Of a stretch of DNA of 64,000 bases, positions 51,290-59,984 are shown piece by piece (the first letter of the stretch is position 1; every line of letters starts with the position of its first letter). Source of the stretch: Crocinitomicaceae bacterium (GTDB lineage: Bacteria; Bacteroidota; Bacteroidia; Flavobacteriales_D; Crocinitomicaceae); assembly GCA_020635955.1 (NCBI GenBank), contig JACJYW010000004.1, positions 402,702-466,701 on the forward strand, written 5' to 3'. Under the pieces are notes generated by a model that searched no databases, was not told the origin of the DNA, and saw only the letters and a list, made by a program, of their open reading frames with translations. Made by a program: the position numbers and the translations under genes.

Positions 51290-51721
51290 ATGAAAACCTC
51301 ATTCCTCCTTTTCTTCATACTACCATTTACCCTCAATGCCCAAATCGTTGACACAATTGTTTATCTTGATCCAAATCCACCCTATGACACTGCTACTTAC
51401 ATAGACATGCAATTCGGCAATGCCAGAATAGACAATGACATGTATGCCTCAGAATTCATTGGTCAAAACCAAGTCAAATTCGTTGGCTACAGCCGGCAGG
51501 AATTATCCGGCTTTCAATTCATAAGAGGAACTCTTAGAGATCCTGAAACCGGAAAAACGGGTGACATATTTAAAGGAGGCGAAATCTCTGAAGAAATGAA
51601 CAGCATGCTCGTTAACGCCAATAACACTATTTTCTATCTGGAAATTGAATTCATTTTACCTGATGGAGAATATCGCCGCAGAAAATCCAAGTTCCTGGTA
51701 AAAAAAGATCCAGAGAAATAA
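51290..51721 (+). CDS. Hypothetical exported protein (weak resemblance to GldM C-terminal domain)
   Basis: Signal peptide ending LNAQ; the domain guess is tentative. Confidence 0.6.
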   Translation: MKTSFLLFFILPFTLNAQIVDTIVYLDPNPPYDTATYIDMQFGNARIDNDMYASEFIGQNQVKFVGYSRQELSGFQFIRGTLRDPETGKTGDIFKGGEISEEMNSMLVNANNTIFYLEIEFILPDGEYRRRKSKFLVKKDPEK

Positions 51722-51752
51722 AAAAGGCACCCGATTCATTCGAATGCCTTTT
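51721..51752. terminator. Bidirectional terminator-like hairpin
   Basis: AAAAAGGCACCCGA-TTCAT-TCGAATGCCTTTT between convergent genes. Confidence 0.55.
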
Positions 51753-51760
51753 AAATAGAT

Positions 51761-51786
51761 TGTCATGCTGAGCGGAGTCGAAGCAT
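51761..51786. repeat. REP-type palindrome
   Basis: TGTCATGCTGAGCGGAGTCGAAGCAT; relatives at 56121, 57957, 59021, 63230 and 38650. Confidence 0.8.
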
Positions 51787-51806
51787 TAATGATTAAAAAT
51801 GTGAAA

Positions 51807-53090
51807 CTATTCCTTCAAAAACTTCTGAGTACTTATCCCCTCTTCCGTCTCACACTCTATCAAATACATTCCCACTTCTAAAGCCGCTACATCCAATTGA
51901 AAATACATAGCGGATACATTGTTCACAATTATCACCAATCTCCCAGCCTGATCAAAAATATTAACGTTTTTCAATTCAGCACTTGTTTGAATATTGATAA
52001 AGTCTGTTGATGGATTTGGGAAGATCATCAATGTACTAAATACATTTACATCTTCAATTCCTGCACCCGATATTGGCATCATATAAACATGAGAAGTATC
52101 GATCATTTGATATCCCTCATTTGTTCCTACGTACAAACCTGAATTATATATTTCCATAGAAATAGGGTAACCACTTCCAAGTGCAGGAAAACCAAGATCA
52201 TTCCAATTGTTACCATCCCAATAAACAACTCCTGTTGTCGAAACACCTCCAATCTCATTAAAATCACCACAAACATAAAGTCTGTTGTTATACACCATCA
52301 TATCTTGAACCCCTAGTGTCCCTGTTCCAGTAACAGATCCACCAACGTCACTCCAGCTTGATCCATTCCATTTGGCTATGTATTTTGCAGCAGTACCTCC
52401 TGCATTTTGAAATACGCCACCTACATACAAATCACTTCCCATTGTTTCAATGGCATAAACAGTACTATCCACGCCTGATCCAAAAGGTTGCCAGTTAGCA
52501 CCATCATAGTAGCAAATATTTTCAATAGATATTGAATTTGCTGTAACCATATCTCCTCCAATTACAATATTGTTATTGAATTTGTTAATGTCCCAAATCT
52601 GGTCCTGAGTGCTATCAGTTGAAGCTAGATCAGTCCATGCTGAAGTGCCTGATTTTTTGATTACTCTGCCATTGAATCCTCCAAAATAAAGATCAGTACC
52701 ATCTACATATGAACCTTCCCAGCCAACGTAATAAGTACCACCTCCATCTTGCCATGTCGTCCCATCCCAATAACCTATACCCCAATTACTTCCCAAAGTG
52801 TAGTCACAGCTCATCCATAATGTACCATTGAAATTTGCCATGGTAAAAATACCTTGTGAGCTCCCCGGATTCGAAGGATAAGAGGTAACATTTACACCAT
52901 CATATTTTGCAAAGTGATAACAGCTTGTTCCATTCGTTTTAGTGAAATGCCCACCAATATATAAGGTATCTCCAACTGCTCTCAGTTCCTTAACATAGTT
53001 AGTATGAAAAGTAATCTCAGTCCACTGAGCATTAGAAATTGTCGGAAATAAAAGAATAGCCGCAGCTACAAGAAGTAATACTTGTTTCAT
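51807..53090 (-). CDS. T9SS cargo beta-propeller protein
   Basis: LYVGG.F...G.....IAKWNG..W repeats; IFPNPS C-terminal domain. Confidence 0.85.
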   Translation of the reverse strand: MKQVLLLVAAAILLFPTISNAQWTEITFHTNYVKELRAVGDTLYIGGHFTKTNGTSCYHFAKYDGVNVTSYPSNPGSSQGIFTMANFNGTLWMSCDYTLGSNWGIGYWDGTTWQDGGGTYYVGWEGSYVDGTDLYFGGFNGRVIKKSGTSAWTDLASTDSTQDQIWDINKFNNNIVIGGDMVTANSISIENICYYDGANWQPFGSGVDSTVYAIETMGSDLYVGGVFQNAGGTAAKYIAKWNGSSWSDVGGSVTGTGTLGVQDMMVYNNRLYVCGDFNEIGGVSTTGVVYWDGNNWNDLGFPALGSGYPISMEIYNSGLYVGTNEGYQMIDTSHVYMMPISGAGIEDVNVFSTLMIFPNPSTDFINIQTSAELKNVNIFDQAGRLVIIVNNVSAMYFQLDVAALEVGMYLIECETEEGISTQKFLKE

Positions 53091-53283
53091 AAGTTCAAAA
53101 GGTTAGAATTATTGGCTACCAAATTAATATAAATGATTTTTATTACCCAAAAATATCAGATGAGTTTTCAACCATAAACCCTGGAAATCAGTAATTAAGT
53201 ATAAACACCTAGAGACTCACATTAATTTTTTACCTCCCAAAATATTTTCATATTTTCGTCCCGAACTTTAATCCATAATAGAC

Positions 53284-55827
53284 ATGAAAAAGATCTCTTT
53301 TTTGCTTTTCTTTTTATTCTTGATAATTGAAAATTCTTACTTATTAGCTCAACCACAAGAGATTGATTGGCAAGACATGAATGGAGATTGGGGCAATGAT
53401 ACAGTAAGCAGAATTGTATACAGCCCTAATGGTTTTTTTTGGGTGGTATCGAATGAAGGAACAGACCCTGGTAGTTCAAGAATTGTTTTGTATAAATATA
53501 CACCTGAAGGGGTCACCAATGGCTATCACACATTCCCATGTAATTATCCTGGAGATCAACTTGCACGAGCCGCATGCATTTCATCAGATAGTCTTCTTTT
53601 AATTGGAGCAGGAACTGACCAACAAGCAGGTTGCGTCCAAACAGAAAACCCGGTATTTGGTCTATCTGACCCTTGGATTCTGGGTAAAGATGACAACTAC
53701 AATAATATATTTGATAATGTCTTTCAAGGCAATGGTCATGACATAATAATGGATATCTTAAATGTAGATGGTGGGGGTACAATAGCATTTGCCACTTCAA
53801 ACAGTACTTACTCCAATTTGTTCACAATACTAGAATTTGATGCACCTCATATAGGTGATTATGATTTATGGATATTCGAATCAAGTAGTAATGGGACATT
53901 GCTTTGGCAACAAGGTTTTGGTAGTACAGGTAGAGATGAACCCATTGATGCCGAATATACAAATGATGGAGGTTACGTGGTTGCTCTTCGATCAAATGGT
54001 CCAGCGGACGGTGATAAAACGGAAAATAATATTGGTTTTGATGATTATTGGATTATCAAATTTGATGGATTAGGAAATATTGCTTGGCAAAATACCATTG
54101 GCGGCACTGGTATTGATAACGTTACTTCTATTGTAACTACTTCTGATGGATATCTAGTTGGAGGTTTTTCTAATTCACCTGCAGGATTCGATAAGACAGA
54201 AAATTCACTTGGTGATTTTGACTTTTGGGTGGTCAAATTAGATTTGAATGGAAATGTTGTTTGGGATAAAGTTTATGGTGGATCAGGATTTGACAAATTG
54301 GCTAAAATAGTACCATCTTCAGAAGGAGGTTATCTTCTTTGTGGTACCTCAGATTCTCCAAGCTCTGCACAAAAAGCGGAAAATTCAATGGGTTTCACTG
54401 ATTATTGGGTTGTTAAAATTAATGACAGTGGTTCCATTATTTGGGACAATACGATTGGTGGTGCAGGCAAAGATGTGTTAACTGATGCCGTTCAAGACAC
54501 AATTGGGCGTTATTTACTAGGAGGTTATTCGAATTCGCCAGTATCAGGGGATGTAACAGAAAGCAGTAATCTATATAATGGTCTCACATTTGTTAGTGAT
54601 AGTAACAATATTTGGATGGTTATGCTTCAACCAATTTTACCATCTCCTTGCATGTTGGTGTTCCCCTCAGTAGAATGTGGCCAGAGTGTTCCATTTAGTG
54701 GAGTATGTTCCTCTCATAATGATCCAAATAAAAGTATCGTACTTTTCGAATGGGACTATGAAAATGATGGGATTTATGATTTTTCGGGACCTTCGGGCTC
54801 AATTGTTTATCCCACAACAGGGACCTATTCACTTAAACTGCGTGTAACCGATAATGTAGGAAAATCAGATTCATTAATATCTACAGTAACCATTGTGGAC
54901 ACTCAAACCCCTACCGCAACGGCACCTTTACCAGTAACTTTATTGTGTATTGAAACTTATCCACCGGATGTATCTATTATCACTGATGAGGCTGATAACT
55001 GCACAAATACACCAACTGTTCAATTCGTATCTGATGTAAGTAACGGTTCTTGCCCTGAAATTATTACCCGTACTTATAGCGTAACAGATGATGAAGGAAA
55101 CACAATCAGCTTAACACAAACGATTACTGTTAACGATACGCTTGCACCCAATCCAAACAGTGGTACTCCTCAGACAGTTAATGCAATATGTGAAGCTAAT
55201 CCAAGCACATTACTTTCCACGGATCCTTGTACATTTACCACTATTACAGGTGTTCCAGACGTTAGTTTCCCAATTACAACTATCGGGACAACCGTAATAA
55301 CTTGGACCTACACAGATGCTTGTGGTAATGACACTTCTCAAACACAAACTGTGATTGTTAATGCTGTCGATAATACGGTGAACAATAATGGCATCAGTTT
55401 AACGGCTAATCAACCAAATGCAAATTACCAATGGCTGGATTGCAATAATTCAAATGCACCTATTAATGGTGAAACGAATCAAACCTTTTACCCAACTTCT
55501 AATGGAAATTATGCCGTTGAAATAACTGTTGGTAGTTGTGTAGAAACATCAAATTGTGAATCCATTTCTACAATAGGGTATAGCGAATTAGGTACATGGA
55601 GTATCACTACCTACCCCAACCCAACCTCCAATCAAATCCACGTCTTATCAACTATACCCTTAAACAGAATTGAATTATTTGATGTGCTGGGTAAATTGAT
55701 CTTATCTAAAACTCTTTCAGCTATAAATACTGCAGATATGGACTTAACAAATTACGAATCTGGGACTTACTTCTTACATGTGTATGCTAATGATCAAAAT
55801 GAAGTGATTAAAATTATTAAGGAGTAA
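53284..55827 (+). CDS. T9SS cargo protein (propeller repeats, PKD, Ig-like domains)
   Basis: DYWIIK.D..GNI.W.NTIGG.G.D repeats; FEWDYENDG..GTYSLKLRVTD; TYPNPT C-terminal domain. Confidence 0.87.
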   Translation: MKKISFLLFFLFLIIENSYLLAQPQEIDWQDMNGDWGNDTVSRIVYSPNGFFWVVSNEGTDPGSSRIVLYKYTPEGVTNGYHTFPCNYPGDQLARAACISSDSLLLIGAGTDQQAGCVQTENPVFGLSDPWILGKDDNYNNIFDNVFQGNGHDIIMDILNVDGGGTIAFATSNSTYSNLFTILEFDAPHIGDYDLWIFESSSNGTLLWQQGFGSTGRDEPIDAEYTNDGGYVVALRSNGPADGDKTENNIGFDDYWIIKFDGLGNIAWQNTIGGTGIDNVTSIVTTSDGYLVGGFSNSPAGFDKTENSLGDFDFWVVKLDLNGNVVWDKVYGGSGFDKLAKIVPSSEGGYLLCGTSDSPSSAQKAENSMGFTDYWVVKINDSGSIIWDNTIGGAGKDVLTDAVQDTIGRYLLGGYSNSPVSGDVTESSNLYNGLTFVSDSNNIWMVMLQPILPSPCMLVFPSVECGQSVPFSGVCSSHNDPNKSIVLFEWDYENDGIYDFSGPSGSIVYPTTGTYSLKLRVTDNVGKSDSLISTVTIVDTQTPTATAPLPVTLLCIETYPPDVSIITDEADNCTNTPTVQFVSDVSNGSCPEIITRTYSVTDDEGNTISLTQTITVNDTLAPNPNSGTPQTVNAICEANPSTLLSTDPCTFTTITGVPDVSFPITTIGTTVITWTYTDACGNDTSQTQTVIVNAVDNTVNNNGISLTANQPNANYQWLDCNNSNAPINGETNQTFYPTSNGNYAVEITVGSCVETSNCESISTIGYSELGTWSITTYPNPTSNQIHVLSTIPLNRIELFDVLGKLILSKTLSAINTADMDLTNYESGTYFLHVYANDQNEVIKIIKE

Positions 55828-55870
55828 TGAATAAACTCCTCTGCGAGACACTGAAAATAATATATAAAGG

Positions 55871-56264
55871 AGGGACTTGATCTTTTAAGTTCTTTTGGAA
55901 TTTATTTTGAGCTTATCGAAGGATGAAGAAAAAAAGAATATGGTAATCAAGCAACTGCCACTCCACTCTTCTTGACTGCTTTCCTGCCTACCGGCAGGCA
56001 TGCGTTAAATCACCGATACAGAAATCATCATTATAATCCCAATTAGCAGCCACTGGCCATCTCCTGTAATTTCGTAATAAATACAGCCGCAAAAATCGTC
56101 AGCTTTGCGACCCGTCGAACTGTCATCCTGAGCGGAGTCGAAGGAGTGAGACAATTTAGCAAAGTAGGTTTTGAGGACTTGTATTTTAGAAATGAAGGAG
56201 CGGGCCTTGATTTTTTTGGTTCCTTTTTTCATCAAGGAAAAAAGAACATAAAGCCAAAAAGAAC
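55871..56264. repeat. Composite repeat cluster with a full family A element (56055-56247)
   Basis: Near-identical to 57820-58083; a degenerate terminal hairpin lies at 55871-55940. Confidence 0.88.
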
Positions 56265-56300
56265 AAAAACATCAAACCTGATCCTATTCGTTAATTAGAT

Positions 56301-57065
56301 CTACAGCGGATAATTAATATCCGCATTGATATAAACGGTGCTACTAAACAATACCCAACTCGCATCACAAAGAACAATATTCCAGTTGTTAGTGCCTGTT
56401 TTATTAACATAAACCGTATTGCCCGCATCAACATATTCAATTACACTTCCAACAGTCACTTTAATTCTAACTTGAGAACTTGACGGTGTATTGGTGGTGG
56501 TTGTATATTCGAAAGTACTTGGTGCAGTAGCAAATTGAAATTCAAGATCAACATTTGAAGCTTCTGCACTGAATGTCACATTTGCAGGTGAAGTCACATA
56601 TGAAACAGTTTTCTCTCCCCATCCATCACCAATGTCTATTGTATTAGTAGTTGGAGTACATGGAGCATTAACTTCAGGATGTACCAGACTATCAATTTTA
56701 ATGATACTTCCGTAGGAATAAGTTGATTCATTTGCTGCCCAAACTCTAAAATAAAATGGACCTACAGCTGCTGGATTAACATTTGGATATTCAACAGAAA
56801 AATACTGTCCATCAAAGGCTGCATTCATCTGCTGATTGTCCAACATATCAGGGTTACCCTCTGTATTAAAACATCCTCCCAAATAATACAATTCAGTTGT
56901 CCCTTCTGATAAAACCTCACCAATAATAACAAGTGTGTTGTTGTTATTTACATAAACATCAACCGTTTCAACTTTAGGCAAAATATCTTCCGGATTTTTC
57001 ACCGCTTTTCTGCACCCTACAAGAACTACAGAACTAAGAATAATGATCAATAAATTTCTTACCAT
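56301..57065 (-). CDS. Hypothetical lipoprotein
   Basis: Lipobox LVGC; Fn3-like YFRVWAAN....SYG. Confidence 0.72.
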   Translation of the reverse strand: MVRNLLIIILSSVVLVGCRKAVKNPEDILPKVETVDVYVNNNNTLVIIGEVLSEGTTELYYLGGCFNTEGNPDMLDNQQMNAAFDGQYFSVEYPNVNPAAVGPFYFRVWAANESTYSYGSIIKIDSLVHPEVNAPCTPTTNTIDIGDGWGEKTVSYVTSPANVTFSAEASNVDLEFQFATAPSTFEYTTTTNTPSSSQVRIKVTVGSVIEYVDAGNTVYVNKTGTNNWNIVLCDASWVLFSSTVYINADINYPL

Positions 57066-57667
57066 AAGTTTAATCTTGTTCCTAATCCATAACTGTTATA
57101 TCCTTGCGGACCTACACCTCTGACAGTGTAAAAATTTCGACTCACCTGTGTAAATAAAACGACCTTATCCGTGAGATGATATTCCAGACCTATCCTTGGT
57201 CTTACTCCATAGTGAAGTAGATTTCCCATATCACTCCCCATAGCAAGGTTAGCCGTGAAAAAATCTAATATGTAACGAATGTATCCAAAAGAAAGGTCAG
57301 CTCCAATGTACGGATTGATCTTATCGTGTTCAAAAAATCGAAGATCACCTCCAAGAGCTACGGTAAAGTTTCTGTATGCTCTGTATACCTCCCATCCCGG
57401 AAGAACTGTTACCCCACCGTCATACATTACGCCATAAGTTGGTATTGTATCCAATCTTGTTTTTAAAAAAACAGCATTAATTCCTGCTCTCCAACGAAAC
57501 AATCCGTCAAAATCCTTTGCGTAAAAAATTTCAAAACTAGCCGTTGGTTTCATGATATCCCCCATATCGCCGGTTGGACGATAATGATTCACTTCCAATC
57601 CTATTTGTGCTAAAGAGCTGGAAATAAAGAATATCTGAAAAAAGGCTATAAGGAATAGCTTTCTCAT
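57059..57667 (-). CDS. Outer-membrane beta-barrel protein
   Basis: Signal peptide, NPYIGAD, RIGLEY, terminal aromatic residue. Confidence 0.72.
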   Translation of the reverse strand: MRKLFLIAFFQIFFISSSLAQIGLEVNHYRPTGDMGDIMKPTASFEIFYAKDFDGLFRWRAGINAVFLKTRLDTIPTYGVMYDGGVTVLPGWEVYRAYRNFTVALGGDLRFFEHDKINPYIGADLSFGYIRYILDFFTANLAMGSDMGNLLHYGVRPRIGLEYHLTDKVVLFTQVSRNFYTVRGVGPQGYNSYGLGTRLNLW

Positions 57668-57764
57668 AAGTTTAGGTTTGCCGCAAAGATAAAAGGATAT
57701 CCATTTTTTTCAACTAAAATCAATTTCAATTTTACCCCAGTTGTTGCACGCTAATTCATCAACA

Positions 57765-59120
57765 AAGAATTCGTTATTTTAATCCCAATTAGTAGCCCCT
57801 GACCATCAACTGCGCTTTCCTGCCTACCGTCAGGCAGGCGTTAAATCACCGATACAGAAATCATCATTATAATCCCAATTTCCAGCCACCGGCCATCTCC
57901 TGTAATTTCGTAACAAATACAGCCGCAAAAATCGTCAGCTTTGCGACCCGTCGAACTGTCATCCTGAGCGGAGTCGAAGGAGTGAGACAATTTAGCAAAG
58001 TAGATTTTGAGGTCTTGTATTTTAGAAATGAAGGAGCGGGCCTTGATTTTTTTGGTTCCTTTTTTCATCAAGGAAAAAAGAACATTATCATCAATCCGAA
58101 CCTCAATTCCGTCAGATTTTACCGCACTCAATAAAACACCGATACAGAAATCGTCATTATAATCCCAATTTGCAGCCACCGGCCATCTCCTGCAATTTCC
58201 TGCCTACAGTCAGGCAGGCGTAATAAATACAGCCGCAAAAATCGTCAGCTTTGCGACCCGTCGAACACAGTGAGACAATTGAGCAAAGTAGATTTTGAGG
58301 ACTAGTATTTTAGAAATGAAGGAGCGGGCCTTGATTTTTTTGGTTCCTTTTTTCATCAAGGAAAAAAGAACATTATCATCAATCCGAACCTCAATTCCGT
58401 CAGATTTTACCGCACTCAATAAAACACCGATACAGAAATCGTCATTATAATCCCAATTTGCAGCCACCGGCCATCTCCTGCAATTTCCTGCCTACAGTCA
58501 GGCAGGCGTAATAAATACAGCCGCAAAAATCGTCAGCTTTGCGACCCGTCGAACACAGTGAGACAATTGAGCAAAGTAGATTTTGAGGACTAGTATTTTA
58601 GAAATGAAGGAGCGGGCCTTGATTTTTTTGGTTCCTTTTTTCATCAAGGAAAAAAGAACATAACACCCTAATAAAATCTCCGTCTTTCTTAAAACAGACT
58701 GGCCATCAGCTGCGCTTTCGTCAAAATTCATCCGCAAGGAGCCGTATTGTTTGCGACCCGTCATACAAAACCTCAATTCCGTCCATCTTGACTGCATTCG
58801 TTAAATCACCGATACAGAAATCGTCATTTAGCACCTAATTTTATCCAGCGTCCATCTATGAAGTATTCGTGATTTTTCACCCGCAAAAATCGTTAAAAAG
58901 CCGACCCGATTTTTCAACCCCAGGATAATGGGAGTCGTTGAAAAATATTAAGGCTTTAGATTTTGAGGAGTTAAAAAATAGAATACAAATAGCGGGACGC
59001 TAGCCTTTTTGGTACTTCGGCGCCTGTCCTGAGCTTGTCGAAGGGCGCAATGGGAAAAAGTACTGCCCATATAAAAACGGATCAAGCTAAAAAGGACATA
59101 ATCATCAAACCAAAAAGAAC
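57765..59120. repeat. 1.35-kb non-coding repeat array: three family A elements (57891-58083, 58181-58371, 58469-58659), then nested D/C/B elements
   Basis: 288-bp tandem duplication (58084-58371 vs 58372-58659); modules are shared with the 42.5, 50.8 and 56.1 kb clusters. Confidence 0.92.
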
Positions 59121-59125
59121 ACCCC

Positions 59126-59800
59126 CTACCACTCCATCACCCCCCTCTCACAATAAAACCCACCACTAGAAATCCCCTCAGCAGTCGCTAACCAAACAGC
59201 CGTATCAGCCCCTTCCTCAACAGAAAGCGGAGCACTCTCCCCTCCCATATCCGTCTTCACCCAGCCCGGATGCATACAATTCACTTTGAAATTCGGCAAA
59301 GCATCCGCCAATTGCAAAGTCAATCCATTCAAAGTATATTTTGATAAGCGGTAAGCCGAATGATCTGCCGTCTGAGCATACCTCTGCCCCATTTGAGAAC
59401 TTATATTAATAATGCGTGGATCATCTGACTCCTGCATGAAAGGAGCAAAAGCTTGTGTCATTTGAAGTGGTCCAAGTACATTGGTCTCCATCACTCTTCT
59501 TTGTTCCTCAGCACTTACTTCCAACACATTATCTTGACTCATCACCCCGGCGTTATTGATCAACACATCAATGGGGCCGAAAAGCTCAGTGGTTTCCTTT
59601 GCAATTTTAATGGCATCTTCTTTATTCGTAACGTCCAACTTCTTTGGAATTACTACACCATTAATAGAATCAGCTACTTGCTTTCCTTTTTCTTCATCAC
59701 GGCAGCCCATGATCACTATATGACCTTTTGCTGCCAGTTGTTTGCAGATTTCTAAACCTATTCCTCTGTTACCGCCGGTAACCACAATGATCTTTTGCAT
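59126..59800 (-). CDS. Short-chain dehydrogenase/reductase (carbonyl reductase-like)
   Basis: TGGNRGIG, LINNAG, YRLSK, HPGWVKTDMGG. Confidence 0.93.
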   Translation of the reverse strand: MQKIIVVTGGNRGIGLEICKQLAAKGHIVIMGCRDEEKGKQVADSINGVVIPKKLDVTNKEDAIKIAKETTELFGPIDVLINNAGVMSQDNVLEVSAEEQRRVMETNVLGPLQMTQAFAPFMQESDDPRIINISSQMGQRYAQTADHSAYRLSKYTLNGLTLQLADALPNFKVNCMHPGWVKTDMGGESAPLSVEEGADTAVWLATAEGISSGGFYCERGVMEW

Positions 59801-59984
59801 GAGCTAAAGATAGGAAAGAAAAAAGGCCTTTTGTATTGCATTAATTGTTATCATGAATAATTTCTAGCTGCGGAAACCACTCATTTTAAACTCCTTGTCT
59901 TTCTCCCTTACTTAAGATTGCTTATCTTGAAGCTTCCCTTTTGAAGCTCTTTGGTTATATTTAGTACACTTTTAATCAAAGACA

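Noticed and set aside
50855..51351. ORFs 50855-51046 and 51163-51351
   Set aside because: They start inside the repeat's terminal hairpin and show no protein-like features
56005..58797. ORFs 56005-56235, 57841-58179, 58210-58467 and 58498-58797 as a repeated protein family
   Set aside because: They are translations of the non-coding repeats; 20- and 22-nt indels shift the frames between copies
57765..59120. CRISPR array
   Set aside because: Units are ~190-290 bp with no unique spacers, and there are no cas genes in the window
42400..59120. Integron attC cassette array
   Set aside because: No integrase, intervening genes lie in both orientations, and I did not find consistent RYYYAAC/GTTRRRY ends; only a loose analogy
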